Below, in pieces: positions 1 through 13,849 of a stretch of DNA of 64,000 bases (position 1 is the stretch's first letter; each line of letters starts with the position of its first letter). Origin of the DNA: Octopus sinensis (lineage: Eukaryota). The stretch is taken from contig NC_043000.1 in NCBI RefSeq assembly GCF_006345805.1, forward strand, positions 90,396,001 to 90,460,000. The letters are read 5' to 3'. The notes beneath the pieces are model-generated. The model was not told the DNA's origin. It was given only the letters and a program-made list of their open reading frames with translations, and made no database searches. The translations under genes were made by a program, and so were the position numbers.

Positions 1-277
1 GGAGAATTATAATTGTTGCTAAATGTGACTAGGGTGTTTGGAAACACCTACATTGCTAGAAATAAGAGCTAAACCGCTCTAATGCTGTAGTTAACACACA
101 GACACACACGCGCGCGTGTGTGTGTTTGTCACCCCCCCCTATCGCTTGACAACCAGTGTTGATGTGTTTACGTCCCCGTAACTTAGCTGTTCACAAAAAA
201 AGAAAAACAAAAGACGAAGACAGGTGGTGTAGACAACAAACAGATGTATTAGTTTAATGCTCGGAAAGTGAAAAAGT

Positions 278-313
278 CTTTAACGTTTCGAGCCTACGCT
301 CTTCCACAGAAAG
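278..313 (-). ncRNA. Minimal type-I hammerhead ribozyme motif, variant core (A6U)
   Basis: Minus strand: cuuu CUGUGGA a gagc guag gcuc GAAAC GUU aaag. Stems I and II pair; stem III is loopless and palindromic, as in PLE HHRs. Confidence 0.5.
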
Positions 314-454
314 GAACACAGAAAGAAGCAAACTCAATCTAAGAAGACTTTGTTTGGCTCGAGGCTATAGCAGAAGACCTTTGCCCAAAGTGAACCGGGA
401 GTCATGTGGTTGTGAAACAATTTTCTGATCGCACAAACACACCTGTACCTGTGG

Positions 455-534
<80 letters not shown>

Positions 535-1154
535 CGTGTGTGTGTGTGTGTATGAATGTGTTCGTTACTATGTAAAGTTATATAAAAAACAATTTGACAT
601 TAAACGGAAGAATTACTCAGTACTTTTGGTAGAGTACATAGTTATTAAAGTTTTGCAAGTAAAAGCTTGACAGTGACTTCTAAGTTTCGGTTGTGCTCAC
701 CTTCGTCAGACACACGCGCGTGTATATGTATGTGCATGTATGTATGTATGTATGTATGTATGTATGTATGTGCATGTATGTATGTATGTATGTATGTATG
801 TATGTATGTATGTATGTATGTATGTATGTATATAGTGAGAAAATAGGTCATTAGATATGAGAGAGAGAAAGAGAGAGAGAAGGAGAGAGTGATAGAAAGA
901 GAGAAAGAGAGAAAGAAAATGTGATTGTGATAGACAGACACATACACGGATAGAGAGATAGACAAAGACACAGAAAGACAAATAGATAGATAGATGGAGA
1001 TAGATAGATATGTAGATAGATAGATGGAGATAGATAGATATGTAGATAGATAGATAGAGAGAGAGAGAGGGAAAGAGAGAGGGAGGGAGAGAGGGGGAGG
1101 GTCTGAGTTCTATAGTTGTGAATAAGAAAATTGAATAAAAATTAGATCTGAATA

Positions 1155-1481
1155 GGAGCACTCCGTGGGTTACGACGACGAGGGTCCCAACTGATACGAT
1201 CAACGGAACAGCTTGCTCATGAAATTAACGTGCAAGTGACTGAGCAATCCACAGACACGTGTATCCCTAAAATAGTTCTCAGGGAGATTCAGCGTGACAC
1301 ACAGTGTGACAAGGCCGGCCCTTTGAAATGCAGGTACAACTCATTTTTGCCAGCTGAGTGGACTAGAGCAACGTGAAATAAAGTGTCTTGCTCAAGGACA
1401 CAACACGTCGCCGGGAATTGAACTCACGACCTTACAATCGTGAGTCGAATGCCCTAACCACTAAGCCACGCGCCTTCACAG
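1155..1481 (-). mobile_element. tRNA-derived SINE (family C) with target-site duplication
   Basis: Minus-strand head GGCGCGTGGCTTAGTGGTTAGGG...GAGTTCAATTCCC (A/B boxes). Flanked by direct repeat agatctgaata at 1144-1154 and 1482-1492. Confidence 0.8.
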
Positions 1482-1815
1482 AGATCTGAATAAGATAAAA
1501 AGAAGATGGAAAAACAAGGTCATTGTTCGGAGAGAGTTAATGCATAAAAGTCTTGAGATAAGTCAATTGGAAGGTTATCACCTTGAATAACAAAACAGTG
1601 ACAGTAAACGTAGACACTTCGTGCTTGTGTATAAATATTTTTATGTGTATTTTAAAAGATTCCCGTGAATTTATCGGTTCTTTAATATTTCCGTTGCAAG
1701 GTTACTGTGAAAGTTGTAATCGTGTTAGTTAAGTAAGAAAGCCAAAAAGAGATTACTGTAATAATGGTGCGGTAATAATGGTGCTTTAGAAGTGGTGAAT
1801 AAATATTTGTAACCA

Positions 1816-1997
1816 CTTCCCAACCACATGGTTCCTGGCTCAGTTTCCCGTTGCTGTTATACCTTGGAAAATGTCTTCTACTGTAGTCTCGGGCCGACGA
1901 AAGCCTTGTGCGTGGGTGTGGTTAATGGAAACTGAAAGAAGTTCGTCGTATAGACATACATACATAAATACATACGTACATACATACATACATACAT

Positions 1998-2052
<55 letters not shown>

Positions 2053-2314
2053 CACATACATACATACATACATACATACATACATACATACATACATAAT
2101 ACATACATACATACATGTGTGTGTATGTTCCCCATCACTGCTAGACAACCGGTGTTGTTGCCTTTACGTCTCCGTAACTTAACAGTTCGGCAAAAGAGAT
2201 CGATAGAATAAGTACCAAGCTGAAAAGCGTACTGGGATCGATTCATTCAACTAAAAGGCGGTGCCCCAGGATGACCGCACTCTAATGACTGAAACAAGTA
2301 GAAGATAAAAGATA
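1816..2314 (+). mobile_element. SINE family A (tRNA head, CORE-like segment, internal CA/TACA microsatellite), 5'-truncated
   Basis: Matches the full copies at 6003-6395 and 36385-36781 in the opposite orientation; tail atgactgaaacaagta. Confidence 0.75.
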
Positions 2315-2321
2315 ACATATG

Positions 2322-2356
<35 letters not shown>

Positions 2357-3858
2357 GTGTGTGCGTGTGTGCCTATGTGTCGTCTATGTATCCCCTCACC
2401 ACTTGGCAACCAGTTTCATTGTGTTTACGTCTCCGTATTTAGCAATTCAGCCTAAAATATATATAGAATTACTATTAGGCTTTAAAAAAAATAATGAGTA
2501 CTAGGATCGATTCAAGGCGGTGTCTCAGCATGGCCGCAGTTTAATGTCTCAAGAAATTAGAATATAAAAGATAAAGATCTTGGTAATCTACTTAACCTAT
2601 ACACCTTGTCGATTGACTAGTTACTGCATTATGGACATGCTGTGTTAATAAAGCACAACAAATATCAGAGAGACACGAGTATTCGCCCCGGCAGCGGCCA
2701 GTGAGAGCACCAGTTGCATGTTGTCTCTTTTGGGTCTTTTCAATTGCGCATACTCGTAGCCAGCCACATACTTGGACGAGAATGCATCGTATCTGGTATA
2801 GGAAAAAGCGAATAAAATATTCACTGACGATGCGATTAGCCACCTGGCCGATTAAAAGTCCTGCATACGCTATTGAGTCAGTATTTCATTAAAATAGCCA
2901 TCTATGCGGCATACTTAATGTATATACACCTTTGGTAGGCCAGTATACTGCATTATTTGTCCTGAGATAACATCACTTATGAACTTGTATTAAAAACGTG
3001 ATAAATATCAGTGTATGTGTGTGTGTGTGTGGATTTGGGTGTGTGGGGGTTTGTGTGTGAGAAAGAGAGAGAGAGCGAGAGGGAGGGAGAAAGTGAGAGA
3101 GGAAGAGAGAGATAGCAAGAGAAAGAGAGAGAGGGAGAGAAAGAAGGAGAGAGAGAGAGTGAGAGAGAGAAAAAGAAAGTACGAGAAAGAGATAGATAAA
3201 TAGAGAGAAATACGTCCCAGCAACAGCCAGCGAGAGCGTCAGATGCTTTTAAGCCGTTTTGAATCTTTTCAAAGGCCCCTGCTCGCAGCCAGCCCCATGC
3301 TCGGACGAGAATTTGTCGTCTTTGATATGGTAAATAAGTGAATAAAGCATTTCCTGATCTTGTTTGATTAAAAATAGCAGTATTTAATTAAAATATTCAT
3401 CTATGTTGCATACTTAATGCACATAACCTCGTGGTAGGCCAGTTACTGTTGCATTTGTTCTGGGGTAACATCTCTTATGGACTTGCCATGTTTAAAACAA
3501 TATATTTCGAGATGAGAGAGGAGCGAGAAAAAAGAAAAATATTAGTTCAAGTAAAAATAAAGAAAAAAAAGGAATTTTAAAGTAAAGCAGGGATAAGTGA
3601 AAAACTATCTAATTTGAATTGAAGATAATCATATTAATTTTAAATTACAGATAAGTGAAAAATATTAAATTTAAATCAATGATAATCATAATTTAAAATA
3701 AAGATAAGATAAAATTCATTTACTTGTGAAAAGTTCTGTATGAAATTGGCTGGTAAAGATGAAAATTTAAATCATTGAATTAGATAATTAAACAACCGAA
3801 ACAATAGCATAAAGGATTTAGATTTTTTGAAAAGTAACCCATTGGTGAATATGTATAC

Positions 3859-3934
<76 letters not shown>

Positions 3935-3937
<3 letters not shown>

Positions 3938-4321
3938 ACACAAGTAAGTTAGGGGTTATGGGTGCAACCTACTAAGGAATAGTATTTATCCACTATGTTG
4001 GTAAAGTACCCAAATTCTTAATACATAAATGTTTTTAATTGCAATGCAATTAACCTATTTATTGTATTAAACGGGTGAACGTAAAGAAATATTTTACCAT
4101 TAATTTATAATACAAATAAGAAAATGGAGAAACAATTTAGTTTGTTCATCAGCTTTCGGATATTAAAATGTTGAATTATTTATTCATTTAACAAAAAGAA
4201 AACCTCAATAGAATACATATATACCTTATAATTCAATACATAAAAGATAAGAATACAAATTATAAAAATCATGATTAAATTATTGAAATCATTAAACTCA
4301 CTTCTTACAGCTGTTTCAGCC
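3935..4321 (-). mobile_element. Small insert between (TA)n tracts carrying the 3' half of a hammerhead motif (PLE-derived)
   Basis: Minus strand GAAAC AGCT GTA (palindromic stem III plus GUA triplet) at about 4306-4317, cut off by the TA tract. Confidence 0.4.
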
Positions 4322-4365
4322 TATATACACACACATTATATATATTATATATATTATATATATAT

Positions 4366-4416
<51 letters not shown>

Positions 4417-4512
4417 AAGTTAATCCAAACAAGAAAACAAAAAAAAAAACAACGCAAAGATGTGGAACAAATAAAGTATTATTGGACGCTCAGGAAGAAG
4501 GGAAGAAGGAGG

Positions 4513-4547
4513 GTTTGACGTTTCGAGCGGAGCTCTTCGTCGGAAAC
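4513..4547 (-). ncRNA. Minimal type-I hammerhead ribozyme motif, variant core (U4C)
   Basis: Minus strand: guuu CCGACGA a gagc ucc gcuc GAAAC GUC aaac. Stems I and II pair perfectly. Confidence 0.55.
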
Positions 4548-4683
4548 ATAGGAGAAAGAAACATCCCGAGATGGGAAGGACAGAGGAAAAAAAATTGCAG
4601 GTAGTGTGTACATATATTTATATATATATATATATATTATATATATATATATAAATATATGTACACACACACACATACATACA

Positions 4684-5978
4684 CAGAGTGCGATAAGTAA
4701 ATTGTCGCCATTTTATATTTTTTATTTCGCACATGCGCATTGTTTGTTTTTGATTTTGTCGACTACACAGTATAGTACAGTCAGTTGGGCACCGTCTGCG
4801 AGAAAAGCAACACTATGACGCAATTCACTCTACCAGAAATTTGGAAAGGACATGCTGTACTGCTTGGCATTCGCGCCGGAAGCCCCGATACCAATATTTC
4901 AGAGTGTTTGGGTGTCAAACTAAGGACAGTGCAGAGGATTCGGAAAGAGTTGGTTGAGTCTAATAGTGATTACGAAGGTACGGCAGCTCGGAAAACTTAC
5001 TCTGGTCGTTCTGATGAGAAAAGAACTCCTGAATTTGTTGGTGATATCCAGGCCATGATTGACAACGATCCCGCCAAGTCAGTGAGGTCCATCGCCAGGG
5101 ACATGGGGGTGTCTGAGTTTCTTATCAGGCAGGTAGTGCATGAAGACATTCGGTATTCTTCATACAAGATGAGAAAGGGATAATTTTTATAATCCCAAGC
5201 TATCGAGGACAAGAGGAAAGACCACGCTACGAAGCTTTTGAACAAACTCAAGCACCCCTACCTCCCAACCAAACATGCTTTGGTTTTTCTCAGACGAGAA
5301 AAATTTCTGCTAGGATCAGATGGTGAACACAGTGAACAACTGTTGGCTTGCCATGTCCCCAAAATATGTACCGAGAGTGATGAAAACAAACATCCAGTCA
5401 ACATCATGGTGTTTGAGTGATCACTGCTGATAGCGACATTATGCCTCCATTCATTTTCCCACACGGTCTCAGACTCAACACGGAGGCCTACATGACGTGT
5501 CTGGAGGAGGTAGTGCTGCCCTGGGTAAAGAGGGTGGCTGCTTGAAGATCCTATGTCTGGCAACAGGACTCTGCAGCATGCCACACAAGCAGGAGAACCC
5601 AATCGTGGCTATCAGACAATTTCTGCGACCACATCACCCCTAACATCTGACCATCTAACTCCTCAGACTGCAATCCTCTTGATTATTATGTGTGGGGCGC
5701 AGTTGAGTGAGAGACCAACAAAACTCCTTGTAACACCAAAGGAAAACTGAAGGTACGGATTATGGCATTATTCACCAACATAGATAAGGTGACCATCCAG
5801 AAGAGTTATAGGAGATTCCAAAGTCGTCTGGAGCCAATGGTTGAAGCCAATGGCGATTTTATTGAATAAATTTACTCTTTAGCATTTCAAGATACTTTTA
5901 TGTAATCTTTTAAAATGAAAGGTCAGTTTTATTTTCATTTTGTTTTTGTAATTTAGACAATTCATTCACCGCACCCTG
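4684..5978 (+). mobile_element. Tc1/mariner DNA transposon, DD37D (maT) type, with decayed transposase (~4815-5869)
   Basis: Imperfect ~23-bp TIRs: cagagtgcgataagtaaattgtc versus the reverse complement of gacaattcattcaccgcaccctg. Motifs FFSDEKNF, WQQDSAACH and SDCNPLDYYVW, with 37 residues between the 2nd and 3rd D. Contains stops and frameshifts. Confidence 0.9.
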
Positions 5979-6002
5979 TATATATATATAAACTTTTTTT
6001 TT

Positions 6003-6395
6003 TTACTTTTTTACTTGTTTCAGTCATTTGACTGCGGCCATGCTGGAGCACCGCCTTTAGTCGAGCAAATCGACCCCGGGACTTATTCTTTGTAAGCCCA
6101 GTACTTATTCTATCGGTCTCATTTGCCGAACCGCTAAGTGACGGGGACGTAAACACACCACCATCGGTTGTCAAGCAATGCTAGGGGGACAAACACAGAC
6201 ACACAAACATATACACACACACATATATATACATATATACGACGGGCTTCTTTCAGTTTCCGTCTACCAAATCCACTCACAAGGCATTGGTCGGCCCGGG
6301 GCTATAGCAGAAGACAGTTGCCCAAGATGCCACGCAGTGGGACTGAACCCGGATCCATGTGGTTGGTTAGCAAGCTACTTACCACACAGCCACTC
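6003..6395 (-). mobile_element. SINE family A, near full length
   Basis: Minus-strand tRNA-like head GAGTGGCTGTGTGGTAAG...GGGTTCAGTCCC, then CTTGGGCAA (CORE-like); many copies in the window. Confidence 0.85.
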
Positions 6396-6489
6396 ATACA
6401 TATATATATTCTTTTATTCTTTTATGTTTCAGCCTTGAGGCTGCGGCCATGCTGGGGACACCACCATTGTAATCACCTTTTAATTGGCC

Positions 6490-7000
6490 AATTCTATGGG
6501 TTTGGCTTCTGGTGAAGGAGGGAGTTTGATATCGCTGTCCTCTTTTGAGTTTCCTGCCTTGATATTGGATCATCTAGGATCTTGGCTAGTAAGAGGTCAA
6601 GTTGTTTCTTGAAAATATCTACTCCCACTACATGGAAGTCCCTCAGATGTTTCGGCAAGGAGTTAAATAGCTGTGGGCTCTTGAATCCCAATCTATTACA
6701 GTACATGTTCCTCGCCCTAGAAGAGACATCTGGCACTTTTGGAATAGTGCACTGATGTCCATTTCGAGGTCTGGTATAACTCTCAATTCCAAAGTTTGGT
6801 GACAGCCCCTCCAGTATCTTCCATATATATATCACTGTGCGTACCTCTCCCGTCTTCGCTCCAGGGAGTAGAGTCATAGCTCTTTCAGTCTCTCTCAGTA
6901 GCTCAACTGTTCCATGCAATCTTCTTCGTGTAGTGTCTCTGAACCGCCTACGGTTCTGCTATTAATCCCACATTATAGGGTGACCATAGTTGAGAGCAGT
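6490..7000 (-). pseudogene. CR1-clade LINE ORF2 3' fragment
   Basis: Frameshifted minus-strand translation CSQLWSPY..AVQRHYTKKI..LSY*ERLKEL*LYSLERRRERY..IYIWKILEGL..PQLFNSLPKHLR..FKKQLD, typical of a CR1 C-terminus. Confidence 0.8.
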
Positions 7001-7030
7001 AGTTCACACACATACACACACACACAGAGG

Positions 7031-7072
<42 letters not shown>

Positions 7073-7131
7073 ACACAGAATCACATATATATAAATATAA
7101 ATATACATACACATATATATATGTGTGTTTG

Positions 7132-7162
<31 letters not shown>

Positions 7163-7566
7163 ATACAATATAAATATATATGTATGTACTTATATATGTA
7201 CATATATATACATACATATCTATCTATCTAACTATATATATGCGATGGACTTCTTTTCAGTGTCCGTCTACTAAATCCACTCACAAGGCTACTCAGTGGG
7301 ACTGAACTCGGAACCATGTGGTTGGGAAGCAAGCTTCTTAACCCATAGCCACGCCTTGTATATTGTCTTCTGTCAATCCAAAACAAAATCGACTATGTCA
7401 AGAACTGAACCTGATACGGAGAATTTTAAAAGTGATTTGTACTTTACAGATTCTATCAAATTTCTAACTTTATAAAACGGATTTAAACAGATAATATAAA
7501 AATCTCTAAAACCCCCCGAAAATTTTTGTATTCCATACACACTACATACATCACACACACATCTGG

Positions 7567-7626
<60 letters not shown>

Positions 7627-7656
7627 ATATATATATATATATTATATATGTGTATA

Positions 7657-7687
<31 letters not shown>

Positions 7688-7830
7688 CCATATATATCTC
7701 ACACATGTACGTGTGTATCTGTAATTAAATTTATGCACCATATTATAATATAGTACACACACACAAGATATAAGGTAATATAACTAAAAAAAACAGGTAT
7801 AAAGCTAGAAATATGTACACTATATATATA

Positions 7831-7910
<80 letters not shown>

Positions 7911-8385
7911 GTATGTTGTATGTATGTATGTATGTATGTATGTATGTAGTATGTATGTGTGCGTGTGTTGTCTCCTTTTACGATGATTCGGTGTTGGCTA
8001 AGCTAAGTTTAACAACACTTGTGATAATGAAATGAATAACTGCTTATTTCTGTTGGAATGGTAATGGGATTTTGTGTTTTTTTTAAAGGAAATTTTATAT
8101 ATTCATGATGGCAAGTAAACAATTACAAACGCAACAACAATAACTACAACAACAAAAAAAATTATTTTGAAAAATAGAAAAAAAAAAACGTCGTTCGAAA
8201 ACAATGGAAAAACACAGAAAGTCTTTTGTTATATATTAAACGTCTTTATTATGGACATTACCCACCCTATATCAAAAGAGCCGTGTTGCGATAATTCTTA
8301 AGCATTTGAGGTACCATTCCATTTCATCATTTACTATAAACATATACTACACCTGCTCGCTTTTGTTGTCGTTGTTATTATAGTT

Positions 8386-8397
8386 CCATTATTATTA

Positions 8398-8452
<55 letters not shown>

Positions 8453-8619
8453 CATCATCATCATCATCATCATCATCATTATCATCATCATCATTATCAT
8501 TATCATTATTATTATTGCACTGTGTTAACTCCCGTTTTGATATACAGTACTATATTTGGAATTGTTTTAGAATTCTTCTTCTTCTTCTTCTTCTTCTTCT
8601 TCTTCTTCTTCTTCTTCTT

Positions 8620-8650
<31 letters not shown>

Positions 8651-8659
8651 TTATTATTA

Positions 8660-8711
<52 letters not shown>

Positions 8712-8774
8712 TTTGCATTGTGCTCTTATTTTTTTCATCCTTTTCTTTCTTCACTATTTTCCTTTTCCTTGCCA

Positions 8775-8846
<72 letters not shown>

Positions 8847-8850
8847 CAAT
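8386..8850. repeat. Trinucleotide microsatellite cluster (TTA)n,(TCA)n,(TTC)n,(AAT)n
   Basis: Directly visible. Confidence 0.95.
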
Positions 8851-9161
8851 AATCGAAAAACAGAAAATCATGTCTGAATTGTTGTCAATTGGGTCTGGTA
8901 TGTGCTTTTGTGGTTGTGTTAAGAGAAGCAGACGTGTTCTTAAAAGTGTAGATCTGTGAAGAGAATGAAGAATTGGGATACAAAAAATTCTATGGAACAA
9001 CGAACACCTCTCCCTATTATAAAAATACATAAAATAAATAATAAATAATATGCAAAAATACAGCGCGAGTGACACACACATCTATCTAGATGTCTGTATG
9101 TGCGCATATATACGTATATGAATATGTATATATGCATGTATGCATACATACATACATACAT

Positions 9162-9192
<31 letters not shown>

Positions 9193-9414
9193 TATATTTG
9201 AAATATAGTCTTATACAGCAAAAGCGTATATACATACGTGTATATATATACATACACACACACATACATATATATGTATATAAATATGCATTTATATTTA
9301 TATATGTATATGTATATATATATGTATATATAAATAAATATATATATATACATACATACATATATATATATATATACAGGGTGTATATATGTGTGTATTA
9401 CATACAAACATATG

Positions 9415-9445
<31 letters not shown>

Positions 9446-9446
9446 T

Positions 9447-9506
<60 letters not shown>

Positions 9507-9738
9507 TATATATACATATATATATATAGTATAATATATATATGTATGTGTGTGTATGTTGTTAATGAAAGAAATGAAAGCGTGTATTTCCGGCACTGTA
9601 ATAATGCAATGTCAGTTCTTCAAATTGTCGAGACATTTTCGAAGACAAAACTCAACAGCATCTTATCGAAGCAGTGAAGCAGAAAGTGAGAGAGAGATGG
9701 AGATAAATTGCTAAAGACAGACAGATAGATGGCGAAAA

Positions 9739-9786
<48 letters not shown>

Positions 9787-10145
9787 GGGAAGAGAGAGGG
9801 AGTGGGAGACAGAGAAACTAGAGTAAAGTTAAATGATGATGATGATGATGATGATGATGATGGTGATGACAACAACAACAATAAAAAAAATAATAATCAA
9901 GGTATTCTCTAAAAAAAGGACAACGTTACGAAAAGAAAAAAGTGTGAGATCTGTCAGAAAAAGAAAAGACACGTTGAAAGAAGCGAAACGATGAAAACTG
10001 TTGAAGCTTAAACTCGCACACACGCACACATATACATACAACCACACACACACAATATATATATATATATCTATGTATTTGTTTATATTCATACATATAT
10101 GCATACGTAAATGCTTGCAAACATATATACACACAGGCATATATA

Positions 10146-10188
<43 letters not shown>

Positions 10189-10295
10189 ATATATATAAAT
10201 AAAGTGTGTGTGTGTTGTGTGTATGAATGTATGTATATATATAAGACGTGACTGTTGAATAGAAATAGCGTTAAACTAGAATGAACAAGCACAGA

Positions 10296-10370
<75 letters not shown>

Positions 10371-10419
10371 CATACATGCACATATATATTTACATATATG
10401 AATATATATTATATATATA

Positions 10420-10470
<51 letters not shown>

Positions 10471-11232
10471 TGCATGCTTATATACATACTACAAAAAGCA
10501 CACAATGCCCAAAGACTAGAAAAACAAATTTAGACATTCTTATAATCATATAATAGCACAAATTATGAAGCAGATTAATGAAAAGCGACCAGTACAATGC
10601 TGATGTAAATGGTGGAAACACGCCATTTTTATAAAGGAGGATTGTCTTCGAGAAAGTTAAGGAGGGGGGAAGGAAGAGTAGAAGGGGGTAAGAGAGGAGC
10701 GAAGGGAGGAGATGGGAATGCGAGACTGGGATGTGAGAGAATGTGTGATGAATTCCTTTTTTGTATGATAGGTTTCACTTAACCGTTGGTCGAAAACAAA
10801 CGTCGAGGAGTGTTTTTTTTAATGTCGTTGTTGCTGGTAGTGGTGAAGATAATAGTGGTGATTGGTTGTGTTGGTGGGAGGAAGAATGAAGTTATTGGTA
10901 AGAGGAAGAGAGAGAGGGAGAGGGAGAGAGAGTGAGAGGGTTGGAAAGTAGGGGAAGTGGTGATGTAATGACACGAGAGAGAAGGAGAGATGTATACAGA
11001 AAGGTTGCTGGTGCTGTTGCTGTTGTTGTTGTTGGTGGTAGTGGTGGTTGTAAGAATGTAGGTAGGAAGTGATATATATATACATAAATGACAAACAAAA
11101 GAGGACTTAAGCGAAACACCTTGTCATGACTAAATCTTTAAATAATCCATGATTACCTTGTTGTTGTTATTATTCTTATTAATACTAATAACAATAATAT
11201 AAATTATAATTCTAAATACAACAAAAATTATG

Positions 11233-11266
<34 letters not shown>

Positions 11267-11279
11267 AATAATAATAATA

Positions 11280-11310
<31 letters not shown>

Positions 11311-11324
11311 TAATAATAATAATA

Positions 11325-11518
11325 ATCCTCGAAATTTGGGGGAGGGGAATAGTCGATTATATCGGCCCCAGTGTTTCACTGGTATTTAATTTATCGACCC
11401 CGAAAGGATGGAAGACAAAGTCGACCTCGGCGGAATTTGCACTCAGAACGTAGCGGCAGACGAAATGCTGCTAAGCATTTCCTCCGGCATGCTAACGATT
11501 CCGTCAGCTCGCCGCCTT
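11325..11518 (-). mobile_element. SINE family B (tRNA head + conserved CTTCCATCCTTTCGGGGTCGATAAA central domain) inserted in a (TAA)n tract
   Basis: Minus-strand head AAGGCGGCGAGCTG...GTTAGC, then the central domain; flanked by (AAT)n. Confidence 0.8.
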
Positions 11519-11556
11519 AGTGATAATAATAATAATAATAAAAAAAAAAAATAATG

Positions 11557-11612
<56 letters not shown>

Positions 11613-11613
<1 letters not shown>

Positions 11614-11679
11614 TGGGCTTCGTATATTTTACCCCAGTGTCACTTTTGATGGCATGCACTGCTCTCTCACTCAATAATA

Positions 11680-11734
<55 letters not shown>

Positions 11735-12131
11735 TGGAAGTGTTATCATGTACATTGTTTTGTCTTGGTATAAAAGATGGGCTACAGCAAATATTCTGCT
11801 CAATACCACAGATTTGCTTGTCAGTTGTTTGACCTTAACCAGTTGAGCATGTCCCTTAGTGGCTGACGATATGTGCATCTCTGATCACGAGCAGAAGTAG
11901 TGGGGGAGCATCATAGCCATGTGTTGAGAGGGATTCTTTGGGGTTTGAATAGTTCACCTCTGGAAACATGGGTGGTTCTTTCAACATCCTTAAACAACCC
12001 TTGTCGCGCACATATGGTTGTGATGCATGTGCCTGGTGTACCTTTATCAGACGGGTAGTCATGATGGGTATATTGGGCTTCGTATATTTTACCCCAGTGT
12101 CACTTTGATGGCATGAACTGCTCTCTCACTC

Positions 12132-12135
<4 letters not shown>
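11613..12135 (+). mobile_element. Two 5'-truncated 3'-UTR copies of a (TAA)n-associated non-LTR element (likely R4/Dong)
   Basis: Near-identical 3' end ttgggcttcgtatattttaccccagtgtcact...ctctctcactc+(aat)n at 11613-11675 and 12073-12135. Confidence 0.6.
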
Positions 12136-12185
<50 letters not shown>

Positions 12186-12186
<1 letters not shown>

Positions 12187-12365
12187 TTAAAAAAATGTGG
12201 CATCTCAAGACGACTACAGTACCAGTGATTGTAGGATCTCTAGGAATGATAAAAAAAAGGTACTGAAACCTATTTGAAAATGATTCCAGGCTTACCATCC
12301 CTACAGGAAGTGCAAAAAATCGTATTAACTGGAACGGCTCATATACTGAGAAGAGCACTATCGTT
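12186..12365 (+). pseudogene. R4/Dong-type LINE restriction-like endonuclease C-terminus
   Basis: KMWHLKTTTVPVIVGSLGMIKK...LQEVQKIVLTGTAHILRRAL. Confidence 0.75.
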
Positions 12366-12538
12366 GTGAAAATAACATTCATATATGAATTTATTTATTT
12401 ATTAATTTTTAAATACATATTTTATCTGTGAATTTGCGCGTGTAATCTGGGAATGGATACAATGCCCTTCTCTGCCCTAGGTGTATGGAAAACACTCGGC
12501 GAGAAACGGAAGAAAATTTGAAGAAAGAAGGAAAAAAC

Positions 12539-12599
<61 letters not shown>

Positions 12600-12602
<3 letters not shown>

Positions 12603-13680
12603 AAATGAAAATGAACATGGGGTACCAACTAAAGGGAAAATCCCAAACAATCGATCACCTCCTCTTCATGGCTGATTTAAAACTGTATGGCCAAGATGAA
12701 ACTCAAGCGAATTCCATGGTGGACACGGTCCACTGTTTTAGTACTGATATTAGAATGGAATTTGGACTCAAGAACTGCGAAATAATCTATCTAAGAAGAG
12801 ACAAGGTACAGTCCCTAGCAAGGATAGAATTAAACAAATTGGAACGGAAGGATACAAATACCTTGGTGTACTGGAGTCCAACGAGATAATGGAAAAGGAA
12901 ATGAAAGAACAACTGAGAATGGAATATTTCCGAAAACTGAGGTTGGTGTTGCACTCAAAATTGACTGGATAGAATAAAATCCAAGTAGTTAATACGTGGG
13001 TGATAGCATTACTTCGGCATGGAGAGGGAATTATAAAATGGCAAGAGAGAGAAGTGAAGAAAATGGATACCAAGACCAGAAAAAATGTTGATAGTACAAG
13101 GAACCTTCCACCCTAAGAGTGACACCGAAAGACTGGCTGTACTTGTCCAGAAGAAAGGGTGGGAGAGATTTGATCGGTTGCCAGGACTGTATCACAGCAG
13201 AGGAAAACGGCTTAGGGTAGTATATAAAAAAATGCCGCGGAACTACTGTTGAAATACACGAAGAAGGCCGGCATCATCAAAACTGAAAATTGTGTAACTA
13301 AAGAAAATTTTTATAAGCAATGAACAAAAAAGATAAAGAGAAAAAGCATGGCAGGAAAAGAAAACTACGGTCAGTTTGCAAGAGATGCAAACGTGAAGAT
13401 ACAGAAGACCGGTGGTTATGGATGAGGAGTAGTGACCTGGAGATAGAGACAGAAGCACTCATATGCGCAGCTCAAGTAGAGGCGTTAAGTACCAATTATA
13501 TGAATAGCTGAATAGACAACACTACCGATAGCGACAAATGCAGAATGTGTGGTGAGACGGGTGTAACGGTATGGCACATCGTTAGTGAATTCCCGAAATT
13601 GGCATAATGCGAATATAAAAGACGCCATGACAATGTGTCAAGAATGGTCCATTGGGAGCTCTGTGGAAATCACTGCCTGT
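12600..13680 (+). pseudogene. R4/Dong-type (RLE) LINE fragment: RT C-half and CCHC zinc knuckle
   Basis: HLLFMADLKLY (degenerate MDDLKLY), DIRMEFGL, GYKYLGVLE, ETEALICAAQ, DKCRMCGE..HIVSE..RRHDNV..VHWELC; many frameshifts. Confidence 0.85.
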
Positions 13681-13849
13681 CCTTCACGGCCAAAAGAAGG
13701 CGGTGGGGCGATCCTCATGATGGACATGGCTGATAATCGGATTCGTCCTATACGCACTAACAGCTGTCTTTCAGGGTCGATAAGAAAAGCACTCGCATTA
13801 AATCTACATTATGGTGTCACTCTTACAATAAGTCATGAATTATTGCTTT

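Noticed and set aside
4135-4153. Minus-strand CTGATGA followed by a small hairpin
   Set aside because: There is no following GAAA or cleavage triplet.
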